DNA of 64,000 nucleotides from an uncultured Clostridia bacterium (lineage in GTDB: Bacteria > Bacillota > Clostridia > TANB77 > CAG-508), in the NCBI GenBank assembly GCA_934129895.1, contig CAKOWY010000003.1, positions 15,031-79,030 of the forward strand, given 5' to 3'. The notes beneath the pieces were generated by a model. The model ran no database searches and had not been told where the DNA came from. It saw nothing but the letters and a program-made list of their open reading frames with translations. Positions 19,767-28,865 of the stretch are shown in pieces. The translations under genes were made by a program, and so were the position numbers. The number at the start of each line of letters is the position of its first letter. The first letter of the stretch is position 1.

Positions 19767-21030
19767 TTATTCTATATCTCCTACGTGCATTCCAGCAGTA
19801 TATCCTGTTGAATATGCAATTTGCAAGTTAAATCCTCCTGTATATGAATCTACATCTATTATTTCCCCTGCAAAATATAATCCTTTCACAATTTTAGATT
19901 CCATAGTCTTTGGATTTATTTCTTTAATATTAACACCACCACTTGTTATAATTGCTTCTTCTACTGGTCTAAATCCTTTTATTGTTAGTTCATATCTTTT
20001 TAATATATTTATTAACTTTCTTCTCTCTTCCCTTGTTACTTCATTTACTCTTTTTTCTTCAGGGATTTGTGATTTTTTTATAACAACTGGTATCATTTTT
20101 TGAGGCAATAATTTATCTAATGCATGTTTAAATTGTTTATTTTTCATTTCTTTAAAATCTCTTAAAATTCTATCATCTAACTGTTCTTCTGTTAATGCTG
20201 GTTTTAAGTCAATTTGAATTTTTAATTTTCCTTCATGTAATAAATACTCAATATCCTTGTATCTAACTAAATGTGCTGAACTACTTAAAATTGTTGGACC
20301 AGATATACCGAAATGCGTAAATATCATTTCTCCAAAATCATCATATATAACCTTTTTTCTACTTTCATCAATTAATTTTATTCCAACATTTCTTAAACTT
20401 AAACCTTGCATTTCTTTACATTCATCTTTTTCATATACAACAAGTGGAACAAGTGAAGGCTTTATTTTTGTGATAGTATGTCCTAAATTTGCAGCAATCA
20501 AATATCCATCTCCTGTTGAACCTGTTAAAGGATAACTTTTTCCTCCTGTTGCAAGAATTATTTTATTAGCATATAAAATTTCTCTATTTGTTCTTACACC
20601 TAATATTGTTTTATTCTGCATTAAAATCTTTTCAACTGGCGTATTATATATACATTTTATATTTAATTCTTCAATTCTTTTTTTGAAGCAATTTAATACA
20701 TCTATTGATTTATCTGTAACAGGAAATATCCTACTTCCTCTTTCCTCTTTTGTTTCAAGTCCCTGTCTTTTCAAAAAATCAATTATATCTCTATTTGTAT
20801 AGTTTTGAAACGCACTATATAAAAATTGACCATTTCCAGGTGTATTTTTTATAAAATCACTCATATATAATGAACTTGTTATATTACACCTTCCTTTGCC
20901 TGTTATTAATAATTTTTTTCCAAATCCGTGCATTTTTTTCTATTATAGTAACATCATTTCCATATTCTGCTGCAGTTATTGCAGCCATCATACCAGCAGG
21001 TCCTCCACCAATTACAATTACTTTTGCCAT
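19767..21030 (-). pseudogene. HI0933/BaiN-like NAD(FAD)-utilising flavoprotein, reading frame broken in a homopolymer run
   Basis: The 388-aa ORF begins at 'GKKLLITGKGRCNIT' and lacks the dinucleotide-binding N-terminus. That part, 'MAKVIVIGGGPAGMMAAITAAEYGNDVTIIEK', is encoded at 21030-20940 in another frame. The junction is the T7 run at 20933-20939. Confidence 0.7.
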
Positions 21031-21132
21031 AAATTTTCTTGTTAGATTTTTTCTAACATCCTCCGTTCTTTATTTATTACTACAATATTAACAAATTTTT
21101 CATAAAAAATCAAATAAAATGTTGAAAATATC

Positions 21133-21161
21133 TTGACAAATATAAAAAAAAATACTAAAAT
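21133..21161 (+). promoter_or_regulatory. promoter of the tRNA-His/tRNA-Gln unit (TTGACA-17-TAAAAT)
   Basis: TTGACA at 21133-21138 and TAAAAT at 21156-21161, ~30 nt before tRNA-His. Confidence 0.55.
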
Positions 21162-21192
21162 ATGTAATGTGCTCACAAATGAGCTTAACAAT

Positions 21193-21270
21193 GGTGGATG
21201 TGGCGTAGTTGGTTAACGCGCCAGTTTGTGGCACTGGAGACCGTGGGTTCGAGTCCCATCTTCCACCCCA
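21193..21270 (+). tRNA. tRNA-His (GTG)
   Basis: Cloverleaf folded by hand. It has an extra 5' G(-1), anticodon loop TTGTGGC, T-loop GGTTCGAGTCC and an encoded CCA. Confidence 0.85.
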
Positions 21271-21282
21271 TAACATATATAT

Positions 21283-21357
21283 TGGGCTGTAGCCAAGCGG
21301 TAAGGCATTAGACTTTGACTCTAACATGCGCTAGTTCGAATCTAGCCAGCCCAACCA
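21283..21357 (+). tRNA. tRNA-Gln (TTG)
   Basis: Acceptor TGGGCTG/CAGCCCA, anticodon stem-loop TTAGA-CTTTGAC-TCTAA, T-arm GCTAGTTCGAATCTAGC and an encoded CCA. Confidence 0.85.
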
Positions 21358-21361
21358 AAAT

Positions 21362-21396
21362 AACGAGATATGCTAATATCTCGTTTATTTTTTTTT
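21362..21396 (+). terminator. rho-independent terminator after the tRNAs
   Basis: AACGAGATAT-GCTA-ATATCTCGTT stem followed by a T-run. Confidence 0.75.
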
Positions 21397-21399
21397 CAT

Positions 21400-21438
21400 A
21401 AAAACGCCTCCAGGGGCGGTATAAAACCGCCCCCGGAG
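21400..21438 (-). terminator. GC-rich rho-independent terminator of the S1-domain gene
   Basis: The minus strand reads CTCCGGGGGCGGT-TTTAT-ACCGCCCCTGGAG followed by GCGTTTTT. Confidence 0.7.
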
Positions 21439-21446
21439 TGAGATAA

Positions 21447-22247
21447 TTATACTTTTACCTCAGAGAAAAGTTCTCTCAGTCTCAAACCTTCCGGTTCGAT
21501 TTTGGTCAAAACTCCATACACCTTCTGCCCTACTTTAAGCTTTTCGCCTCCAGTTACATGATAGATTCCCTTTTGAGCCGGATTAATCTCGCAGAAATAC
21601 GAATCATAATTCAGCCTGCTTGTAATGGTTGCATCAATCAGGTCTCCAACAATGTATGTTTCAGGTTCAGGAGTTGCCGTCTGTTTCCGCGATACACTGA
21701 TACGATAGTAATCAGCATAAGTTTCTTTCGAAACAACCTTCACTTTGATCTTTTCCCCAATCTTAAAATAGTTCTGAAGTTCATAGATCTTTGCACGAGA
21801 AACTTCAGTGCAGTGGCACAAGGCGATAAGGTTGCCAATCTTGACAAAAATGCCCCAGGGAGCAAATGAGTAAATCGGAGCAAAATATGTTTCTCCAATT
21901 ACAACATTTTCGAGCTCCTTTTTCAGGAACTCTTTCCGAGACACGCTATACAGCCATGTTCTCTTCTTTTTCCCATGAACGGAAAAAACTTTTTTCCGCT
22001 TGCTTTTGACAATCACCCCAACAGGGTTCTCAAATATGGTCAAAATTTCCTTTATTCCTTTAGGGTAACTCGGAGAAACATCGTACTCCAACTCACCAAA
22101 TGGAATTTCTACCTGGCTTTGAGGATCAATCCAAATCAAAGCCTTCTTTTCCATCTTGTCGATTATGACTTGTTCGCCTTGGCAATCAATCATAATCGAC
22201 TGACCAATTTTCAATCCACCGTTGTTCTTGTTTTTGTTTCTTTTCAT
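21447..22247 (-). CDS. S1 RNA-binding-domain protein (two S1-like OB folds), G+C-rich orphan
   Basis: 'GETYFAPIYSFAPWGIFVKIGNLIALCHCTEVS...IGEKIKVKVV' and 'VGDLIDATITS...GQKVYGVLTKIEPEGLRL' fit the S1 pattern. The basic N-terminus is KRNKNKNNGG. Start set at the ATG preceded by AAAGGTGA; the ORF-track start is 22265. Confidence 0.55.
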   Translation of the reverse strand: MKRNKNKNNGGLKIGQSIMIDCQGEQVIIDKMEKKALIWIDPQSQVEIPFGELEYDVSPSYPKGIKEILTIFENPVGVIVKSKRKKVFSVHGKKKRTWLYSVSRKEFLKKELENVVIGETYFAPIYSFAPWGIFVKIGNLIALCHCTEVSRAKIYELQNYFKIGEKIKVKVVSKETYADYYRISVSRKQTATPEPETYIVGDLIDATITSRLNYDSYFCEINPAQKGIYHVTGGEKLKVGQKVYGVLTKIEPEGLRLRELFSEVKV

Positions 22248-22356
22248 TTTTTTCACCTTTCTCATGTTGTTTGATTTTTAGCTTATGAAAATTTTTATAA
22301 TTATCTCCTTTCTTAAGATTTGGTTATTAACCATCTCTTATATTATACCATTATTT

Positions 22357-23385
22357 TTATGTTAAGTCAATTTTACAAGCATTTTCTATTAATTTATCAA
22401 GTAATTCTGTATATCCAATTCCTATGTTTTCAAATAATTTTGGATACATGCTTATTTGTGTAAAACCTGGCATTGTATTTATTTCATTTATATAAATTTT
22501 GTTTGTTTCATTTTCAATAAAAAAATCAACTCTTGCTAAACCTTTTCCATCTATTGCTTTAAATGCTTTTATTGCAAGTTCTTTAATTCTTTGTGCTTCA
22601 TCATTTGCTATCTCTGCTGGTATTATAGTCTTTGATTCTGGAATATTATATTTTGCATCAAAACTATAATATTCTTCTGCCGATTTTATTTCTCCAACAG
22701 TTGATACATTTATTTTTTCGTCTTCTAATATTGCACACTCTACTTCTTTTCCAACAATCTCTTCTTCTATTAAAATTTTATTATCATATTGTTGAGAATT
22801 TTCTATTGCTGATTTTAATTCCTCAATAGTAGTAACTTTTTTTACGCCAACAGAAGACCCTGAATTTGATGGCTTTACAAACATAGGGAATTTTAATTTT
22901 GAAGTTATTTTTTCTATTTTTAATTCTTCCTCTTCAAAATTATCATTTACCATATAATATCCATTTTCTCTTTTTCTTATATATATATATTTAGTTTGTG
23001 GAATACCAGCTCTTTCAAATATTATTTTTGTATAAGCTTTATCCATTCCAATAGCTGAAGCTAATACACCACATCCAACATAAGGAATACCCAACATTTC
23101 TAGCATTCCTTGAATTGTTCCATCTTCTCCGTACTTTCCATGTAAAACAGGAAATACAACATCTAATTCTTTGAGAGTCCATAATAGATTATAAATTTCT
23201 TCTATCTGTCCATTCTTATTTTCAAACCATTTTCCATATTTGTTTATATAAATTTCATGTACTTCATATTTTTCCTTGTTTAAATTTTCTATTACTGATT
23301 TGGCAGACATTTCTGATATATCATGTTCTGTAGATTTTCCACCATATATTACTCCTAATTTGATCATTCTCATCATTCCTTTCAT
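22357..23385 (-). CDS. ddl: D-alanine--D-alanine ligase
   Basis: 'GGKSTEHDIS', 'HGKYGEDGTIQG', 'NEINTMPGFT'. The true start may be the internal ATG at 23367 (MIKLGVIYGG). Confidence 0.85.
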   Translation of the reverse strand: MKGMMRMIKLGVIYGGKSTEHDISEMSAKSVIENLNKEKYEVHEIYINKYGKWFENKNGQIEEIYNLLWTLKELDVVFPVLHGKYGEDGTIQGMLEMLGIPYVGCGVLASAIGMDKAYTKIIFERAGIPQTKYIYIRKRENGYYMVNDNFEEEELKIEKITSKLKFPMFVKPSNSGSSVGVKKVTTIEELKSAIENSQQYDNKILIEEEIVGKEVECAILEDEKINVSTVGEIKSAEEYYSFDAKYNIPESKTIIPAEIANDEAQRIKELAIKAFKAIDGKGLARVDFFIENETNKIYINEINTMPGFTQISMYPKLFENIGIGYTELLDKLIENACKIDLT

Positions 23386-23433
23386 ATATAATTATAAAAA
23401 TTTTATCATATTATTTTCTCTGTTTCAATTAAT

Positions 23434-25200
23434 TTACTTTAAACTGTCTAAATATGGTAAAACTTCACTTAATATTTTTCCTCCAACAGGTGCTGCAACT
23501 CCACCTCCTTGATGTCCTCCTTCTCCAGTTGGATTATACAATGTAATTAATAAAACTATCTCTGGGTCATCAGTATTAGCAACTCCACAAAAAGATGTTA
23601 CATACTTTCCTGTATTTACACCATCTTCTGATGTCCCTGTTTTTCCTCCTACTTGATATCCTTCAACTCTTGCATTTTTTCCAGTTCCTTCTGATACAAC
23701 ACTATTCATCATACTTAAAACTTTTTCTGCATTTTCTTTTGATATTATTTGCTCTCCTGTTTCTATTGGCATATCTACTTTTTCTCCAGTTTCACTATTT
23801 ATAATACTTTTTACTATTCGTGGTTTTATGTATATACCTTTATTAGCAATACTAGATACTGCTGTTATCATTTGAAGTGGCGTTATTTCAAATCTTTGCC
23901 CAAAACTAATTGTCGCAAGTTCTACTGGTCCAGCTTTTTCCTCTTTTACAAATATGCTATTTGCCTCACCAGGAAGATTTATTCCTGTTTTATTAAATAA
24001 TCCGAATTTACGTAAATATTCATAATATTTAGTAACTCCTATTTTTTGTCCTAAACCTATAAATACAGGATTACATGAATTCATTAATGCTAATCTTAAA
24101 CTTTCAGAACCATGTGGTCTATAATATCTCCAACATTTTATACGGACACCTGCAACTTCAATTCCTCCTGTACAACAAAATTGCCCTTGCCTATCTATAT
24201 CTGTAACAATCCCCTCTTGTAGTGCTGCTGATGATGTTATTGTTTTAAATACAGAACCTGGTTCATAAGTATCTGATATTGCCTTGTTTCTCCACATTTT
24301 CTGCATTGCTTCTGTTTTGGCCTTTCCTTCTAATGTATTCCATTCTTCTTTTTGAGCATCTGTATGTGGCTCATAAGGACTATTTAAATCATAAGAAGGA
24401 TATGTTGCCATAGCAAGAATATCTCCATTTCTTGGATCCATTGCAATAATACTACCGCCATCAGTACATACATTATCAATACATGCTTCTTCTAGGTATT
24501 TTTCAACAATTGATTGTATTGTCATATCAATTGTTAAAATTAAATCATTTCCATCTATAGCAGAAATATATTCTTCATCCCCTAAACTTTCTCCTGCAGC
24601 ATTTGTTTGTCTTTCTATTTTCCCATTTGTTCCTTTTAATTCTTTATCATATTTAGCTTCTATTCCATCTAATCCTTGATTATCACTTCCGCAAAATCCT
24701 ATTACTTGTGCCGCTAAATCTCCATAGGGATAATATCTTTTTGTATCTTCATCTATATTTATTCCAGATATTATTTTATTTTCTTCCATCCATTTTCTCA
24801 ATTCATCTGTTTTAGATTTTTCTACTTGCCTTATAATTGTTTCTATAGAACTCTTTTTATTTACCTTTTTTAATACTTTATCATAATCTAATTCAAATAT
24901 GTCACTTAAAGCTTTTGCCACTTTTTCTTTATCTTCTTTAACGATATTTGTTGGATTCACAGTTACTGCTTCTACATTAGAACTTATTGCTAATGTATAT
25001 TTTCCTGTTGAATCATATATCGTTCCTCTCTTTGCTGTTACTTTTCTAGCTTGTGATTGTTGATTTGAAGCTTTTAAACTTAATTCATTTCCCATGACAA
25101 ATTGGATATATCCTAATCTGATTGTTAAAGCAACTATTATAATTAGAACTATAAAAAGTACATTCTTCATTTTTCTCTTATTTGATAATGTTATTGGCAT
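23434..25200 (-). CDS. class-B penicillin-binding protein (FtsI/SpoVD-type transpeptidase)
   Basis: N-terminal TM anchor, then SxxK 'SVFK', SxN 'SCN', KTG 'KTGT'. RBS GAGGTGG. No PASTA domain seen. Confidence 0.85.
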   Translation of the reverse strand: MPITLSNKRKMKNVLFIVLIIIVALTIRLGYIQFVMGNELSLKASNQQSQARKVTAKRGTIYDSTGKYTLAISSNVEAVTVNPTNIVKEDKEKVAKALSDIFELDYDKVLKKVNKKSSIETIIRQVEKSKTDELRKWMEENKIISGINIDEDTKRYYPYGDLAAQVIGFCGSDNQGLDGIEAKYDKELKGTNGKIERQTNAAGESLGDEEYISAIDGNDLILTIDMTIQSIVEKYLEEACIDNVCTDGGSIIAMDPRNGDILAMATYPSYDLNSPYEPHTDAQKEEWNTLEGKAKTEAMQKMWRNKAISDTYEPGSVFKTITSSAALQEGIVTDIDRQGQFCCTGGIEVAGVRIKCWRYYRPHGSESLRLALMNSCNPVFIGLGQKIGVTKYYEYLRKFGLFNKTGINLPGEANSIFVKEEKAGPVELATISFGQRFEITPLQMITAVSSIANKGIYIKPRIVKSIINSETGEKVDMPIETGEQIISKENAEKVLSMMNSVVSEGTGKNARVEGYQVGGKTGTSEDGVNTGKYVTSFCGVANTDDPEIVLLITLYNPTGEGGHQGGGVAAPVGGKILSEVLPYLDSLK

Positions 25201-25232
25201 AGAACCACCTCTTGTAATGATATGTATTCAGC

Positions 25233-25264
25233 CAAAAAAAAGAACAGATTTCTCTGTTCTTTTT
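25233..25264 (-). terminator. rho-independent terminator closing the type VII-like operon
   Basis: AGAACAGA-GAAA-TCTGTTCT stem followed by T8 on the minus strand. Confidence 0.75.
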
Positions 25265-25907
25265 ATGCCTTTTTTATAACATCACTTAATCCACTTACTA
25301 ATTTATTTGTTTTTTCAGCCAATTCAATTTGAGCCTTTGCAGTATTCATCAATTTTGTGAAACTTTGTATAATATTTGCAATCACGTCTTTATATACATT
25401 TATAAGTTTTGTTAATTCAGAATTAAATTCATCAATTCCATCACATTTTATATTAATTTGTACCATTGCTCTTTGGATTGAATCTATTAATGTACTAGTG
25501 TCATTAAAGTCTGTTGTTATTAATTTTTGTATTCTTTCAGCATCACTTGTTATAAATTTCATTCCTTCATCTTTTTTTATTTCTATTTCTTGTATTTTTA
25601 TTGCATCTTCTTTTTGAATTGTTGCAATATTCTTTTGTATATCAACATTTGAAAATTCATTTGCTATTTGTTCATATACACTTGGTACTTCAAGAACAAG
25701 AATATTTAGAAATTGATTTAAATTAGCTACTATTTTATTAAATTCTGCAACTAATTCATTATATCTTTGTCCATACCAATATTCATGCAATCCTTCAATT
25801 TGCTTATATACATCTAATAGTTTTTGATTTATTTCTTTTGCATAATTTCTAATAGCATTAGAATTAGTTGGTATGTTTTCATAATCTATTACTACAACTG
25901 AACTCAT
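25263..25907 (-). CDS. double-length WXG100-like protein (214 aa)
   Basis: The 'HEYWYGQRYNELV' W-x-G motif sits at the end of a helix, and the whole protein is helical. Paralogue of 34383-34997. RBS AAGGAGG. Confidence 0.6.
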   Translation of the reverse strand: MSSVVVIDYENIPTNSNAIRNYAKEINQKLLDVYKQIEGLHEYWYGQRYNELVAEFNKIVANLNQFLNILVLEVPSVYEQIANEFSNVDIQKNIATIQKEDAIKIQEIEIKKDEGMKFITSDAERIQKLITTDFNDTSTLIDSIQRAMVQINIKCDGIDEFNSELTKLINVYKDVIANIIQSFTKLMNTAKAQIELAEKTNKLVSGLSDVIKKA

Positions 25908-25935
25908 TTTTTCCTCCTTTAATTAAATCTTTATC

Positions 25936-27573
25936 TTATCCAAAAAGCCAACTCTTTACATTTTCATAAGCTTCTTTTGCACCTGTTTTTACAGTATCAT
26001 TTATTTTTTGTGATACATCCTTGCTTATTTGATTTATATTTTCTCCTGCATTTTCTATCGCATCATTCCATCCTTGTGTTACATCATTACTTATTTTATT
26101 TACATTTTCTTTTGCCTTTGATTTTGCTTCATTCCATTTTTGTGATATATCACTACTTATCTTATCTATATTTTCTTTTGCATTTGATGCAATTCCTAAA
26201 TCATCTATAACTGATTTAACCTTACCTTCAACAGTCTTTTTAGCTCCTGTTATTCCTTCTTTTACAAATGAAATTCCTTTACCAGCGAAATCTATAAGAG
26301 ATGTTCCAGCATCAACAACTAAGTTTGCTGATGTATTAACTATAACACCTGATATTTCTACAATTTTTCCAGGTAGCTCTTTTCCAATCTCTGATATTTT
26401 TCCACCAATCTTTTCAATTAAAGGTTTTGTATTGTCTTTAATTGTTTTTACTGCACCTGTTGCTTTATTTGCAATATCTCCAGCAATTCCTGAAATGTTA
26501 GTAACCAAAGATTTTATATTTTCTCCTGTTGATTTTACTGCACCTGTTATTTTATCCCAAGCTTTAGGAACTTGACTAATAACTTTATTTGCTACATCTC
26601 CAACTAAATTAAATGTAGTATCAACTATAGTGCCTGCAATTGGGACAAGTGACTTAGTAACAGAACCAATAATATTCTTTGCTCCTGTAAGTATTCCGCT
26701 TCCGAATTTTTTAGCTCCTTCAACTGCTCCTTCTATAGCACCAACTACTGACTTTGACACACTTCCTACTACTTTCTTTGCACCTGTAATTACATTTTCT
26801 GCTTTTTTTACTATCCCTCCAACTATTTCAGACACTTTGTTATTTGCTGTAACTAAAGCTGATGTTATTTTTTCTCCAAATTTTGCACCAGTTTTTAAAT
26901 TCTCGAAAAATTTTTTTCCACCACTTATTATGCTTGTAACTCCACCAACTAACATTGGCAATAGTGCACTACTAAATTTTTCTTTAATATATTTAGCTCC
27001 AGTTTTTACTGTTTCATATCCTTTTTTTATTATATCTCCAAAAAATCCTAATATTGAAGAATTCTTTTTTGATGATACTGCATTTGTATTACCAGTTTCA
27101 CCAGTTTTATCTGAAATACTAGTATTGCTAAATAAAGATGCTGTCTTTGCTATTAACGCACTTTTTTCATTTAGTAAACTTTTAGTTGAACTTACAGCTT
27201 TTTCAGAAAGCTCTCCTGCTTCTACAAATTTTTTTCTTTTTTTCTCAAGTTCTTCAGCAGAATTTGTCAACTGAACAGCTAATTTTTCCAAAGCAACAAT
27301 TTTATTTTCTATTTTTTCTTTATTTTGTGCAGTAACATTAATTGTTGTATCAGTTGAATTTTGTATTAACCCAATTTTATATATGTTATTAACTGAACTT
27401 ATAACACTTGATATTATTGAATTAATACTTGAGGGATTATCTAATGCTGAAACAACTTGTTTTAAGTTAGTAGCTTGTTTTTTATAATTTTCAGCATCTT
27501 GTAATTGTAACTCTTTTGTACTTTTTAAACTTGTACATATTTTATCTAGTACTTCTTTACTATATCCAAACAT
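25936..27573 (-). CDS. glycine-zipper / 'TGAK'-repeat protein, candidate type VII substrate
   Basis: 545 aa. The helical N-terminus (~150 aa) is followed by about eight [KIL]TGA[KV] repeats rich in GxxxG/GxxxA. Three ~20-aa C-terminal repeats (ENIDKISSDISQKWNEA...) follow. No signal peptide. Confidence 0.5.
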   Translation of the reverse strand: MFGYSKEVLDKICTSLKSTKELQLQDAENYKKQATNLKQVVSALDNPSSINSIISSVISSVNNIYKIGLIQNSTDTTINVTAQNKEKIENKIVALEKLAVQLTNSAEELEKKRKKFVEAGELSEKAVSSTKSLLNEKSALIAKTASLFSNTSISDKTGETGNTNAVSSKKNSSILGFFGDIIKKGYETVKTGAKYIKEKFSSALLPMLVGGVTSIISGGKKFFENLKTGAKFGEKITSALVTANNKVSEIVGGIVKKAENVITGAKKVVGSVSKSVVGAIEGAVEGAKKFGSGILTGAKNIIGSVTKSLVPIAGTIVDTTFNLVGDVANKVISQVPKAWDKITGAVKSTGENIKSLVTNISGIAGDIANKATGAVKTIKDNTKPLIEKIGGKISEIGKELPGKIVEISGVIVNTSANLVVDAGTSLIDFAGKGISFVKEGITGAKKTVEGKVKSVIDDLGIASNAKENIDKISSDISQKWNEAKSKAKENVNKISNDVTQGWNDAIENAGENINQISKDVSQKINDTVKTGAKEAYENVKSWLFG

Positions 27574-27594
27574 ATACTCCTCCTAATTTAATTT

Positions 27595-27942
27595 TTATTC
27601 AAAATTATTTATGTATTCTTTTCTATTCTTATTTGCTTCTTCTATAATTTCATTAGTTTCATTTATCAACTTTGGAAATAAGTTTCCTAAAAGTTGATTC
27701 TCACCACTAATTGTATTATACCTGCCTCCACTTAATTTGTTAACTAATTCACTCATATTATTAATGCAATCTTTTAAATTATCAGTTACTGTTGGATACT
27801 CAATAGCAGTAGAAGTTCCTGGATTTAATTTTTTTGTACTATCATTATTATTTTTAAATATTGAATTAAAAAACTTTTTTATTGTCGATGTACTTGCTTT
27901 TAAATTAGTTATTTTTTTTAATATATTTCCAAAAAATTTCAT
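27595..27942 (-). CDS. hypothetical protein (115 aa) in the type VII-like operon
   Basis: ORF with RBS AAGGAGG. No TM and no recognised motif. Confidence 0.45.
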   Translation of the reverse strand: MKFFGNILKKITNLKASTSTIKKFFNSIFKNNNDSTKKLNPGTSTAIEYPTVTDNLKDCINNMSELVNKLSGGRYNTISGENQLLGNLFPKLINETNEIIEEANKNRKEYINNFE

Positions 27943-27979
27943 AAAAACCTCCTTATACTTTCTTTTGTAATATCATTTA

Positions 27980-28834
27980 TTAACCATTTATGACATCTTC
28001 TGCTAAGCTCTCTAATTGACTTAACAATGTAGGAGATTCATTTGGTATAGAAAATTGATATTTTGCAACATCCTGTAAATGCATTACATAAGCTTGTTGA
28101 CTATATGGTATTGTTGTATATTTTGAACCATTTTTTTCAAAAAGCTGTTGCATGTATGACATTGATGGATCATTATAAAATGCTAAATTCTCTATTATTT
28201 GTTTTACTGATACTTCTTCTAAATCAATATATTTATTTAAAATAATTCGTATTTTTTCATCATTCAAAGCGTTTTTTATTTTCAACATAGATAAAAATTC
28301 TGTTAATTCTTGTATCGTTAAAATATCCATTGTTTGTACAATATATATTTGTTGAGAATATGCAAAAAAATCTATATTTGTACTAAAGTCTGAATCTATA
28401 AGAACAACTTGATGTCTTTTTAATAATGTTTCTAACAATTTATCAATATTCAAATCATATTTTTCATCATTTATATCGTCCTTTTTTTCACTTGGTAAAT
28501 TTGTATAAAGAGTTAAATTATTTTCAATTTGTAATCCTTCTGCTTTTCCTTCACTTAAATTTTTAAAACAATCTTTTAATTTTAATCTTATAGCTTCTTT
28601 GTTTTGTGTATAAATATAATAAAATGCTTTATTTTTTGTCATATCCAAAATTGCTACATCAATGTTTTTATATGCAAGAATTTTGGCAACACTATTAATA
28701 AGTGATGTACTTCCACTTTGTCTTGGTCCAACAAATGAAGCCAATCTTTTCTCATTGCCTTTTAATAGTTCTCCTATACTCACATTTGAATAATTATTTT
28801 GATACATATTATCTGTTTTTAATATTTCCATCAT
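27980..28834 (-). CDS. ParA/MinD-fold protein with degenerate Walker A
   Basis: 'LASFVGPRQSGSTSLINSVAKILAYKNIDVAILDMT' aligns to the ParA/MinD P-loop region, but both lysines are absent. A Walker-B-like 'VVLIDSDFS' is present. Confidence 0.55.
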   Translation of the reverse strand: MMEILKTDNMYQNNYSNVSIGELLKGNEKRLASFVGPRQSGSTSLINSVAKILAYKNIDVAILDMTKNKAFYYIYTQNKEAIRLKLKDCFKNLSEGKAEGLQIENNLTLYTNLPSEKKDDINDEKYDLNIDKLLETLLKRHQVVLIDSDFSTNIDFFAYSQQIYIVQTMDILTIQELTEFLSMLKIKNALNDEKIRIILNKYIDLEEVSVKQIIENLAFYNDPSMSYMQQLFEKNGSKYTTIPYSQQAYVMHLQDVAKYQFSIPNESPTLLSQLESLAEDVING

Positions 28835-28865
28835 AAAGTTCCTTTCACATTTTAATTATTTCTTC

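Noticed and set aside
21100-21327. 75-aa minus-strand ORF.
   Set aside because: It is the antisense of tRNA-His and tRNA-Gln, so the open frame is a by-product of the tRNA sequence.
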